From Octopus bimaculoides (lineage: Eukaryota): DNA of 64,000 nucleotides. Below, piece by piece: positions 11,768-22,410 of the stretch. The position numbers were made by a program, and so were the translations under genes. The notes beneath the pieces were generated by a model that made no database searches, was not told where the DNA came from, and worked only from the letters and a program-made list of their open reading frames with translations. The stretch's first letter is position 1; the number at the start of each line of letters is the position of its first letter. Where the stretch lies: assembly GCF_001194135.2 (NCBI RefSeq), contig NC_068995.1:2682477-2746476 (forward strand), written 5' to 3'.

Positions 11768-12874
11768 ATCTATGCTTCTATAATTATAGACACTCAATTG
11801 CTTTCTTTATTTTCTTCTCTACGTTGTGTGCTAAGAAGTTTGTTCATCAACGACATTGGTCAAGAGTCAGTCCCACTGCATGGTCCTTTGACCAACTGTT
11901 TTACAGCCACGGAGGCTTGTCAAGGCTTTGTGAGTGGATTTGGATATACAGAAACTGGGAGAAGCCCATTGTGTGTGTGTGTGTGTGTGTGAGGGACAGA
12001 CTTGTCGAGCCAAGTGAAACCATAGTCCTGGCTGATGCTGGTGGCATGTAAAAAGCACCCATTACACTCTTATGGTGGTTGGTATTAGTATCCAGCCATA
12101 GAAACTCTGCCAAATCAGACTGGAACCTGGTGCTGCTCACTGACCTACCAGTTCCACTCATGTGGAAAGCAGACGTTGAATGATGAAGATGATGATATAT
12201 GTACATATAGTGTTTGCCCTGCACTACTGCTTGACAAATGGTGTCGGTTTGTTTATATTTGTGTGTCTTAGTTGTTCAGCAAAAAAGCCTGATAGAGAAG
12301 GTCCAAGGCCTTAAAAAAGTAAGTACTGGAATTAATTTGATTGATTAAACTCTTAAGTACCAGCTGAGCATTGGGGATCAATGTGACTTAACCCCTCCCC
12401 TAAAATTGCTGGCCTTGTGTCAAAATTTAAAAGCAATATACTTATCCCTTATCAACTTTGTTCCTCTTCCACCTCTGTATTTTTTTATATTTGACAAAAC
12501 TTGACAGTGGAACGACAATTTGATTATACATTGGCGACTGTCTCCATGTTTGTCGTTTAGGGCCAAACCTTCCTGTCTATTTTTACTCCAAACTGTGTAT
12601 CTAAAACCATATTACAGTGGTGTCCCATTCCCCAAATGCTAGTGTCTGATATGAAGGAGATTTGGCTATTCATAAAAACCACATAGTCTCACATTGGTTC
12701 AGTCTACCGAGAGCTAATCAGTAATCGGTAACCAGATCAATGTGGTTTAATATCAGACCGATTTTCACCTCGCTGTCCGTAATAGGGACGAGAACTGACA
12801 GGGGAGATAACGTTTGAATCATGAGTTATTTCCCTTGGATTATGTTTTCCTTTCACAATTTTATTGATGTCCAA

Positions 12875-13090
12875 GGCGGTGAGCTGGCAGAGCCGTTAGC
12901 ACGCTGGACGATATGCTTGGCGGTATTTCGCCCGTCGCTACGTTCTGTGTTCAAATTCCGCCGAGGTATTTGCCTTTCATCCTTTCGGGGTCGATAAATT
13001 AAGTACCAGTGAAATTCTGAGGTGGATGTAATCAACTAGTCTCCTTCCCCCCAAACTTCAGGTCTTGTGCCTATAATAGAAAGGATAATT
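12875..13090 (+). mobile_element. tRNA-derived SINE family B (ggcggtgagctggcaga...ttcaaattccgccgagg...tttcatcctttcggggtcgataaa); many more copies, e.g. 18720-18870, 49310-49440, 56990-57270, 60780-61190, 62690-62930
   Basis: A-box and B-box-like head, a conserved central domain gcctttcatcctttcggggtcgataaattaagtaccag, and an AT-rich tail. Repeated throughout the window. Confidence 0.8.
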
Positions 13091-13354
13091 TTATTGATAT
13101 CTCGAATGCGTTGTAGGTATATACCGCACAAGTCTACCCAGCATTTCACTGATGCTTTAACAGCTTCGAAGAGAGGAACATTAAAGTTGGATTCCGAACA
13201 CGTAAAGAGTTCTGAATAAATCCTCAATGCATTTCTACGATGTGCTAACGACTTTGAACCTCTGTAACGTTTAGATGATGGTTGGGAAGGTTAGGGCTGA
13301 TAATAACAGGATATTCACGGAACCTAGTTTTTATTAGCTGTGTGGTAAGAAGTT

Positions 13355-13384
<30 letters not shown>

Positions 13385-13391
<7 letters not shown>

Positions 13392-13545
13392 CGGGCTTCT
13401 TTCAGTTTCCGTCCACCTAATCCACTCACAAGGCTTTGGTCGGCCCGAGGCTATAGTAGAAGATACCTTCCCAAGGTGCCACGTAGTAGAACTGAACCTG
13501 GAACTATGTGGTTGGGAAGCAAGTTTATTACCACACACCCATGCT
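13385..13545 (-). mobile_element. tRNA-derived SINE family A, head and core
   Basis: Reverse complement of the 14739-15050 element (gcttctttcagtttccgtc...aaggctttggtcggcccgaggctatagtagaaga). Confidence 0.8.
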
Positions 13546-13970
13546 GCGCATACGCATACATACATAGACACACACACATGTATATATTTTTTTTTATATA
13601 AACAGACTCAACCTGCTTTGTTTTGCCGTTTATATGTTAAAGGGTTCAACCAAATGAAACTCAGACTATGATACGAGAACTCGTCGCTTTTTTTGCCATC
13701 GTTATGTGTGTGTGTGTGTGTGTGTAATATCGTGTGTACACGTCATTTCTCAACTTTGTTACTTTTAGGAAATGTCTCCATGACTACGGAATTGCAACAT
13801 AAAAAATATCCTTATTAATCTTGGTCTTTCTCTTTCATTAATGTTTTCTCACTTTATTTCTTTTTCTTTTTTCCTCAAACCAAACAAATTATAATTCTTA
13901 CTATTGAATGGAACCTTTAACAACCTCTTCGAGACCTAGGATTCTGAGATACCTCATTTGGGAAACCCTA

Positions 13971-14119
13971 GTGGCGATCCTTCGGTATAGGTCTCCTGAG
14001 TATCGGTATTAGGGGACAATGTCATTCAGCCTCTATTTCAGCCAAGCTTCTTTATCTATGTCGTGAGAGAAGGTTGTATGGATGAATAATGTCGTCTACT
14101 AATACCGAAGGATTGCCAC
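13971..14119. mobile_element. Small MITE-like element with ~20-bp terminal inverted repeats
   Basis: gtggcgatccttcggtatag (13971-13990) versus ctaataccgaaggattgccac (14099-14119): near-perfect inverted match. Confidence 0.5.
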
Positions 14120-14420
14120 ATTAGTTTATCGCGTTTAACTCTATATCGACTCAATTATTCCCATGAGGTGCCCCTGCGGAGAGTATAATGAGTATTATGA
14201 CATGTTACAAAGTAAATTCAAGATGGAACCTTCCAGAAACTTCTCCAACCACCCGTGGAACGCTTCTTAACTCCCCGCCGGATTTGGACTATTTTCAAAC
14301 AGCAAGGATATTCTAGGAGTGACAAATTTTCTCCCAAAATCACCAAATTCTTCGTAAACAACATTGTTTACGAGACAGAGACAGAGCTTATTGTCAAGGG
14401 AGATAACCTAGGAAGATTTT

Positions 14421-14433
14421 GTTGCTTAGCAAC
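14421..14433. promoter_or_regulatory. RFX X-box (GTTGCTTAGCAAC) in the putative CFAP61 promoter
   Basis: Perfect palindrome GTTGCT-T-AGCAAC fitting the RFX consensus, upstream of a motile-cilia gene. A further half-site GCTAGCAAC is at 14603-14611. Confidence 0.7.
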
Positions 14434-14539
14434 AAGGTTTATAATGACATTTTTAGTATTTCGTTTCCATTCATTTGTGAAACGAGTGAAACAGTTTAAT
14501 TTCTCTGATAAAATCTGTTTTTAGAGTTTGTCTTTTCTT

Positions 14540-14648
14540 CCGTTATATCCCGTCATAGTCCGTTCTGTACCGTGCTTAATTCGTTACGTTCCGTTACACT
14601 CCGCTAGCAACTAATAATATTCGTAAACAATATTTTATTTTATATCAG
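14540..14648 (+). other. CFAP61: Putative non-coding first exon of CFAP61 (5' boundary uncertain)
   Basis: Strong donor cag|gtaaga at 14648/14649 in a CpG-enriched zone downstream of the X-box. The first coding exon has an acceptor at 17050/17051, which requires an upstream exon. Confidence 0.55.
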
Positions 14649-14738
14649 GTAAGAATATTTTCAAATATTTGCAGATTTTTCTTCTCTATATATTTTGTAT
14701 TAAATTCTCTGTGAGGTTTCTAACAGAACTTCTCCAGC

Positions 14739-15050
14739 GTGGTTCCCGGTTCAGTCCCACTGCGTGGCACCTTGGGCAAGTGTCTTCTACTATAGCCTCG
14801 GGCCGACCAAAGCCTTGTGATTTGGTAGACGGAAACTGAAAGAAGCCCATCGTGTATGTGTGTGTGTGTGTGTTTGTCCCTCCCCCCCCTAACAGCGCTT
14901 GACAACCGGTGCTAGTGCGGTTCGGCAAAAAGAGACCGATAGAATAAGTACGAGGCTTACAAAGAATAAGTCCTGTGGTCGATTTGCTCGACTAAAGGCG
15001 GTGCTCCAGCATGGCCGCATTCAAATGACTGAAACTAATAAAAAAATAAA
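14739..15050 (+). mobile_element. Near-complete, young tRNA-derived SINE family A (CORE-like ccttgggcaag); other copies e.g. 6130-6270, 27520-27690, 52430-52650, 55300-55600, 57375-57540
   Basis: ggttcagtcccactgcgtggcaccttgggcaagtgtcttctactatagcctcgggccgacc...gcatggccgcattcaaatgactgaaac with an A-rich tail; CpGs are retained. Confidence 0.85.
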
Positions 15051-16109
15051 AGAAAATATATGTATATACGTACGTACTTACGTGGGTACGTACCTACGTG
15101 AGTACGTACGCACATACTTACGTGAGTACGTACATGTAGACACACGAAGACACAAACTTCAAATCTGTGACGTGTTTGAACTTCTAAATGCAATTTCACT
15201 CTAGTTTGCCGTGAACAAAAAATTCTCGCTTAGATCCTGAAAATTTCGAGGAAAAAAAAAAACGGTTCGTGTGAACTTTCCTACAGTCTTCTCCCCAGCC
15301 CTTCGGAAAAACATTTTCCCCACAAATTTCTTTATAATCGTAATTTGTGCCATTTGAATGGTATTTCTATAAAATTTCGCTAATATATATTTTTCCATTT
15401 TGCTGAAAGTTATGAGGGAAAAATCGGATCTCAGGAATTTTCTCTCCCCACCCTCACCCCGTTCGTTTGCGCAATTTTTTTTCATATTCGTTTTCTACAC
15501 GTTTTTTTTTTTACACCTAGTAGGCTGGGGTTTTTTTTTTCGTTAACGGGTCTCAAACTGTTGTGTGTGTGTGTGTGTGTGTGTATTGATGTCCCTGTAA
15601 CATAATGGTTTGGCAAATGGTGACTGATAGAGTAAGTACCAGGCTTTTAAAAGCATGATAACTGCTGGGGGCAATTTGGCAAAATACTTCAAGGCAGTAC
15701 TCCAGCATGGCCACAGTCCAAAGCCTGACCCAAGTAAAAGACAAGTGTGTGTATGTGTCTTCTCAGCTCTGGCTGGTGCTTTTAAAACTTGTTGTGCCGC
15801 CGCCGCGGTCTTAATAACACCAAAACAACCAAAGATATCACTATTACTAATTATCGAACTCGCTTCCTACTTGTTGTCCACATTCAATTTCTAATCCACT
15901 TTCATAATTTCTGAGTTGCCTCCCCTGTCTTTATAAACTAGAATTTAACAATAATCCGCTTATTTTCTCTTTGTAATATTAATTAATGAAACAAATTTGT
16001 CACTCATTACATCACCTACGTTAGCTACCATTTAATTACATATGTATTTAGTTATGTAAATTAATTATATAAACCTGCCATATTATTGAGACTCGTCAAT
16101 AATTCGTTC

Positions 16110-16960
16110 ACTCTCTTTTGTTTCCCTTATTAAAACTTGGGATTATCACCCTGGATTGCCATTGCTTTGGTGTCTTTCCAGAAGCCCAAGCCACATGAAT
16201 CAAACAGAGAATATCTTCTCTATTTAACACTTTTAACATCTCAGCCTGAATTCTACCTTCCCCAGCAGCCTCGCCACATTTCATTGCCTCGGTGAGGCTA
16301 GTATTTACCTCCAGATGCTCCTTATGTCTACCAGAAGTTTTTATTTAAGAGATCAACCAAGTAGTCTCTCTCCACCTTCCAAGGATGGTCTTGTCTGGAG
16401 AGAGAAGAACTCCAGTTGAGTTCTTAATGGCAGCTGTGGCAGAGGGCTTCTTCTTGTAAAGTTGGCAGATGGTCTGCCAGAATGCCTTGTTAGTCAATCT
16501 AAAGAGTTCAGCTTCATCTCAAGATTTTCCCATCACTTAACTCAAGATGTGTTTCACTGTCTCTGCTGCAACTTCTTGTGCTTCGATGTACAATTGAGTG
16601 CAATTGTGAACATAAGTGGCCAAAGTAGGGTTCCCCTGAAGAATCTCTGGAATAACATTATTCAACAGGCTGCATTGCTTGGAGATGAGGGAGTGTCCCC
16701 AGGTCAAGTCTGCATTGAGAGGTTACAGAACCATTACTACTGACATGTGATTAGAATGTCACAGGAAAGAGTCACCAGATTCATTCTTCGAGTCAAGTCA
16801 ACCAACAGGGTGTGGTGAGGTGGTGGGGTAGACCGAGAGGAGTTGGTTGGCTAATATCCAGAGTCTCAGTTGGTCACACCTCGAGATCCAGTTGGAAAGT
16901 CTAATGATGGATGCTTCCGATAGGACCCTCTGGAGGAGGAGGTGCTAGAGGACTCTACCC
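16110..16960 (-). mobile_element. Degenerate RTE-clade LINE ORF fragment (end of endonuclease to start of RT)
   Basis: Minus frames give NKAFWQTICQLYKKK...GVLLSPDKTILGRWRE and KCGEAAGEGRIQAEMLK...AWASGKTPKQWQSRVIIPSFNKGNKR, matching RTE motifs (KAPGxDxIxxExLK; VPxDWxxxxIxPxxKKG). Contains stops and frameshifts. Confidence 0.78.
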
Positions 16961-17082
16961 CAATAATCTACAGAGGAATAGTGGGAGGTGAAGAAGATGG
17001 GTGGATGGATGAAATTAATTATAATTAATTATAAATGTCTTTAGTTTCAGGAGAACTCCATTTGTTGATTTGGTGATCCGAC

Positions 17083-17228
17083 ATGTCTAAAACAATCTTG
17101 TCACCAAACGGTGAATCGAAAGTGATAACAGTTCGACGTACAGAATCTATTGATATCCCAAACATCTTCAAACTTATTGATCTTAATACAGAGAAATATT
17201 TTGGGAAACTCAATGTTTTTAATTTCAT
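17083..17228 (+). CDS. CFAP61: CFAP61 coding exon 1 (MSKTILSPNGESKVITVRRTES...KLNVFNFI)
   Basis: ATG preceded by an in-frame TGA; acceptor at 17050/17051; donor |gtaaga; phase 2. Confidence 0.9.
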
Positions 17229-17366
17229 GTAAGAAGTTCCTGTTTTTTTCTTTATTTAGCTGTGTGTGCGTGTGTGTGTGCGTGTGTGTCTTTCTCTCTA
17301 TACCACCCTGAAATTATGTCAAATTTGCTTTTACTTTCAACCTTTTTCTTTCCATTTGCTTTGTAG

Positions 17367-17659
17367 TGAGAAAGCTGTTTTTTCCATCTGTTTGGTTGAC
17401 GAAGATGACGAGATATATGGACATGCAACGTTTTTTGATTTCCCTAATGTTGACGGCGTGGACCCAGCCAGCTGGGAAGACTGGTTGTCTGCGGCGTCCA
17501 AATCAAGTTACACACCATTGAACACTCTCTTTATCGGTCTTTTTGCTTCGAAAAAGGACTACATGAGAGGCTGCATGCGTGAAATCTTACACACAATGTT
17601 TATAGCTGTGCCTGATGTCCATTACTGTTTTCTGATCCTGCCAGAAAATGTCTCCCTTG
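17367..17659 (+). CDS. CFAP61: CFAP61 exon 2 (EKAVFSICL...TPLNTLF...AVPDVHYCFLILP)
   Basis: ttgtag| and |gtgagt; phase 2-1. Confidence 0.95.
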
Positions 17660-18276
17660 GTGAGTGTCACTAGCCATCATCCATTTGTTTGTCCCTTTCC
17701 TTTGCTCCTGGGCTGCTTAGGGCTTTCTCTGTCCTTCATTAAACTAAACCATGCTACATGTTAGAGCTATGAAGGAAGACAAGACTATTGTTTGCCAGTG
17801 AGTTCCAAGTCTGTAGAATAGTAATGTCTCACTTTCCCAGTTGCTTCACTCACCCCCCCCCCCCCNNNNNNNNNNNNNCCCCCCATTAATGATGCTCATT
17901 GAAGAGAAGGTGAATGGGGACAAAATGAAACTTAATTATATTGACTAAGGTAATAATGATGGTGGTGATGGTGCTGGTTGTGGTGGTGGTGCTGGTGATG
18001 GTGGTGCTGATGATGGTGGTGCTGCTGATGGTAATGATCATGATAGATCTCATGATAATGAGGAAGGGGAGGTAGTCAGTGTTGATGATGATGATGAAGA
18101 GGAATAGGATGTGGAGGAGGAAGAGTAAGATAGTGTGGATGAAGAGGAGGAGAACAAGGAACATGTTGATGATGGTGGTGATGGTGGCAGTGGGTGGTGA
18201 TGTGATGTGCTACTAATCAATTTCACCTAATTAAACTCTGTGATTAATTATTATCATTATTATCTGTTAATTATAG

Positions 18277-18403
18277 ATAATTCTTTTGTGAACATCTTCA
18301 GGAACATTGCTCAACTCCAACAATCTGTCGGAGACAAATTCTTCACCATCTTCATCAGTGAACGCTACATGTTTGAACCCATGTTGTACATAAGGAATGC
18401 CAG
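18277..18403 (+). CDS. CFAP61: CFAP61 exon 3 (NSFVNIF...PMLYIRNAR)
   Basis: ttatag| and |gtaata; phase 1-2. Confidence 0.85.
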
Positions 18404-19305
18404 GTAATACTTGTTGCTGTTGTGATATTTGTGGTAGTGGTAGGGGTGGTGGTGGTGGTGGTGGTCTTTTTGTTGCTGTTCTGGTGGTAGTAGTGATTGT
18501 TGTTGTTGTTGCTGAGCAGAGAAAACAGGCTTCTCCATGACCTTAATGATTTTTTTTTGCTTTTTTTGTTTTGTTTTGTTTTTTTGTTGCTTTTAACCAA
18601 AGGGCAATCCCAGTCCAACTGATCTCTAATCAAAAGTAGTCTAGCCATGACCATCCTGTCTGGTCTCAGATATTCATTATCCTCAATAGAGCTTTCCTTT
18701 ATTTTTTTCATGTTCTGAGTTCAAATTCTTCCAGGGTCAGTCTTGCCTTTCATCATCTTTGCGGGGTTGATAAAATAAGTACCAGTGGTGTACTGGGGTC
18801 GATGTAATCCACTAACCCCATCCCCCTAAACTTGCTGGCCTTATACCAAAATTTGAAACCAATATGCCTTTCCTTTTTAATGATGATTAGGAGAGAGGGA
18901 CGTGATTTAAGCGAGATTTGGCTGTTGTTTCTAGCAGCTTGTGCTCCTCTGTTGACCTGCCATAAATGTTGTAAAAGTTATTTGGACATGAATGGAGGTC
19001 CAGTGGAAAATATCTGCATGTGGCTGTGTGTATGTGTGTGTGAGTATGTGCCAGTGTGCATTTGTGTGAATGTGTGTTTGTGTGTATGTGTCTATGTGAC
19101 TATGAGCACACGTGGCTATGTGTGTGTGTGTGAATGTGTTAGTGGGTATATTTGTGTGTGTGTGTGTGTGTGTGTGAAAATAATATTCTCCCCCTATCTT
19201 CCAGCATGACCCCCATCACCACCACCACCACCACCAGCAAACAGAATCCCAAAACAAAAATATGGGGCTGCATATAAAAACTAAGGAGCAATCCTTATTT
19301 TTCAG

Positions 19306-19438
19306 GGTAGAAGACACAGATGAGCTGACACCCCTATTTGACTCCTTAAACAACACCCTACAGGCTGTTTATGGGGATTATTACTTGGCTGAGCTGATTG
19401 AGTCCCAGAATGAGGAGATGCAATGCATTGTGGCTGAG
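19306..19438 (+). CDS. CFAP61: CFAP61 exon 4 (VEDTDELTPLF...YGDYYLAELIESQ...IVAE)
   Basis: tttcag| and |gtaagt; phase 2-0. Confidence 0.93.
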
Positions 19439-19496
19439 GTAAGTGGATTTCTCTTTGTAATAATAATAATAATAATAATAATCCTTTCTACTATAG

Positions 19497-19774
19497 CAGG
19501 GCTTCCCAAACTTTTTCAGGCTGCCACCCACTTGGCACTCCGGCCATATTCTTAGCACCACCATCCTCTACTCGCCATCAGAAACATAAACTACTTTCTG
19601 CATTAAATTCGAAACAACTGTAATTCATAAATAAAACTTAGCCTAATTAACCCATCATTCTGTTGTTTTTACATCCATTGCCCTCTTTTGGTCACCACAT
19701 TTTCCTTCAGAGCCCCTCTCTACATCTTTCTATGGCCCCCAGGGAGGCAGTGCCACCCGCTTTGGGAACCACTG
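19497..19774. mobile_element. hAT (Charlie-like) non-autonomous element with an 8-bp TSD, inserted in a SINE
   Basis: TIRs CAGGGCTTCCCAAAC / CTTTGGGAACCACTG; perfect TSD TACTATAG at 19489-19496 and 19775-19782. Confidence 0.88.
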
Positions 19775-20401
19775 TACTATAGGCAGAAGGTCTGAAATTT
19801 TGAGGTGAGGGGCCTAAGTCAATTACATTGACCCCAGTGTTCAGCTGTTCCTTATTTTAACAATTCTGAAAGGATGAAAGGCAAAGTTGAACTCAGTAAG
19901 TAAAGGCAGATGAAATTCCGCTAAGCATTTTGTCCCATCCACTAACAATTCTGCCAACTCAATGGACTTATTGTATATACAGTGCTCGGGTGCACTCAGG
20001 TGCTTATCAGAAAAGTAGCCAAACGTGCATGAACAGGACATAGAATAATAGACAGGAAGAGAACGGTGAAGGAATCATTGAAAAGAAGTGATGGGGACAT
20101 CAAGTGTTCTGTTGGCGAATTTCAGGAAGCATGGAATATTTAAAGGATGTAGTGTCCTGACAGCTAACAACTGATGCGAGTAGTTTATTCCATGCTTCAG
20201 CAATTCAGAGCGTGAAAAAATGAACTTGGAGTATGCCATACACCAGGGATGAGAGTGTGAAAGTCATATTGTTGTAATTTGTTGCTGTTGTTGTTGCCAT
20301 TCTGCCGTCTTCATTCTTCATTTGCTCCGTTACTGCATTCTCACACACACTATCAGTGAACCCTGCCTTCTCATCCATTCTGATTTCAATTAAACCCACA
20401 G

Positions 20402-20552
20402 GTTAATGATTACGCTGTCGGTTTAATGAGTATCAACAGCAACGTTGATGTGGAATTCTTGAATAGCAGCTACAACCTGGAGGTGTTTCATAGCCTGGAG
20501 CAGAAGAAAGCTGGTTTGGCCAACCGCAATCAGAAAATAACCTTTGCTAACG
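20402..20552 (+). CDS. CFAP61: CFAP61 exon 5 (VNDYAVGLMSINSNVDVEFLNSSYNLEVFHSL...)
   Basis: ccacag| and |gtatgg; phase 0-1; resembles human VEGTAVGFMSV...FDLGPFHGL. Confidence 0.88.
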
Positions 20553-20986
20553 GTATGGCTATGTTTGTGTGTGTGTGTGTGTGTGCACACGTGCGTGTTG
20601 TGTGTATGTGTGTTATGTATATATGTGTGTGTGCATGCATGTACGTTTGGGTGTATGTGTGTATATGTATATGTGTGTGTCGTAGGTAATATTGTCATGT
20701 CCATTGCTGGCCAGTATGGTGGGGGTCATTACTGGAATTGCTCTGTGTGTGTGTACGTGTGTGTATGCTATGTGATTATTATTATCAACATCATCATCAC
20801 CATCATCATTCTGATCCCCCATGGATTTTATCACCATCATTACCATCATCACAGTCATTAAGATTATCACCAACAATACCATTGCCACCACCGCCATCAT
20901 TGTCACTGCAACCATCACCATCAATGCCATCATAATCATCACAACCACCACTGACACCACCATCATGGTCATCACTCTTTCTACCC

Positions 20987-21018
<32 letters not shown>

Positions 21019-21091
21019 CTCTCTCTCACTCTCTCTCTCCCTCCCCCCCTCTTTCTCTCCTTACCTCTCTCACTCTATTTCTCTTTTAAAG

Positions 21092-21252
21092 GTTCAGCAA
21101 TATTTCAGAAATCTGAAGAATTTACTTTCCTTCCAGTGCCGAACAATTCTCTAGTCTCCTTTGACCAAAACATAGATGACCAAAGTGATATGGCCATTTC
21201 CGCAGAAAGTTCCACTGAAATGGGCAAACCACATCAAAGTTGGTCGGCAGAG
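21092..21252 (+). CDS. CFAP61: CFAP61 exon 6 (variable linker, SAIFQKSEEF...QSWSAE)
   Basis: tttaaag| and |gtgagt; phase 1-0 fits both neighbours; low sequence conservation. Confidence 0.72.
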
Positions 21253-21360
21253 GTGAGTTAGCCATTTTTTATGGATATCATGTTTCCACATGTCACCACC
21301 ACCACCACCATCACTAACACCATCACCACTTCCAACAATAACCACCACATGCTCTACCAA

Positions 21361-21700
21361 GGCACATGGCTCAGTGGTTAGAGTGTCAGGCTCACAATCA
21401 TGAGGGAGTGAATTCAATTCCCGGACTGAGCTGTGTGTTATGTTCTTGAGCAAGACACTTTATTTCACATTATTTCACTCAGCTGTAGAAATGAGTTGCA
21501 GCATCACTGGTGCCAAGCTGTATCGGCCCCTTTGCCTTTCCCTTTGATAACACTGGTGGCATGGCGAGGGGAGGCCGGTATGCATGGGAAACTGCTGGTC
21601 TTCCATAAACATTCTTGCCTGGATTTGTGCCTCAGAAAGTACATTTCTACGTGCAATCCCATGATTGTTCATGACCAAAGCAGGTCTTTACCCTATGAAG
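21361..21700 (+). mobile_element. tRNA-derived SINE, V-domain-like family E
   Basis: A-box TGGCTCAGTGG, B-box-like gaattcaattccc, then ttcttgagcaagacactttatt; inverse copy at 10160-10460. Confidence 0.8.
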
Positions 21701-21941
21701 GTTTCCTTCATTACCCCATATACAAGATCAAAGGGGTGCTTTGAAGGACATTTGACTGCTTGTTCTACCAGGTCTATCTACTGTGTAGAGATTTCCCTCG
21801 TTGGCTCATACACACATATATACACATATATAATCATCATCATTTAACATACATACATACATACATGAAACTGTAAAGTGTGATTTGTTCATAGTGGCGG
21901 TTGGGGTTACAGTATTAATAAAATAGATGGAATGAGTAAAA

Positions 21942-22064
21942 GATTTTATTTGGTACGACACATGTTTCGACCCGTTCTGAGTCTCTTCAGGTACATAAGT
22001 AAAAAGTCTCAATAAAGATTCTCTGATTTGGTTTTACGTACTGCTATATGTCCATCAACTTTTA
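21942..22064 (-). mobile_element. 123-bp hammerhead-containing mini retroelement (Penelope-like or retrozyme-like) with a 12-bp TSD
   Basis: GAATGAGTAAAA at 21930-21941 and 22065-22076 flanks the insert. The minus strand ends with a hammerhead followed by AATAAA. Confidence 0.7.
21953..21994 (-). ncRNA. Minimal type I hammerhead ribozyme
   Basis: The minus strand reads GTAC-CTGAAGA-GACTC-agaac-GGGTC-GAAA-C-atgt-G-TC-GTAC. The core CUGANGA/GAAA/GUC is intact, with stem I 4 bp, stem II 5 bp, and a short stem III containing the palindrome ACATGT. Confidence 0.85.
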
Positions 22065-22300
22065 GAATGAGTAAAAAAAATAGAGAAAAATTGAAACAAA
22101 AAATTCAAATGTGAACATGACAATTATACATTCTAGTTTAGAGAAAAAAGATGACAAAATGAGCCTCTGCTGTTGTAACTATTAAGAGAAGGGAAAGGAT
22201 GTAGAAGTTGAAAGGGAAGATACCACACACACACACATGTATGCGCGTGTGTGTATACAGATATATGTATACATATATATATATACACGCTGTATTTCAG

Positions 22301-22410
22301 GATGTTGATCCACATAGTGTTGCACACACTGGCTCAGATTTCAAATCCGATCAGAAGACAAATGCTTTTTACATCCAGTTGTTTGCCATCAACGAAAAAT
22401 ACCAAACAAG
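22301..22410 (+). CDS. CFAP61: CFAP61 exon 7 (DVDPH...NAFYIQLFAINEKYQTR)
   Basis: tttcag| and |gtttgt; phase 0-2; resembles human AFCIQLFCIDEKYEAR. Confidence 0.92.

Noticed and set aside
12875-12965. tRNA-like A/B boxes (also at 21361-21425)
   Set aside because: These are SINE heads that continue into SINE body sequence and cannot form a full cloverleaf; no genuine tRNA or rRNA gene was found.
15061-15135. Cluster of TACGTG/ACGT motifs resembling HIF or CRE sites in CFAP61 intron 1
   Set aside because: Better explained as a decaying (TACG)n/(TACA)n microsatellite at a SINE tail.
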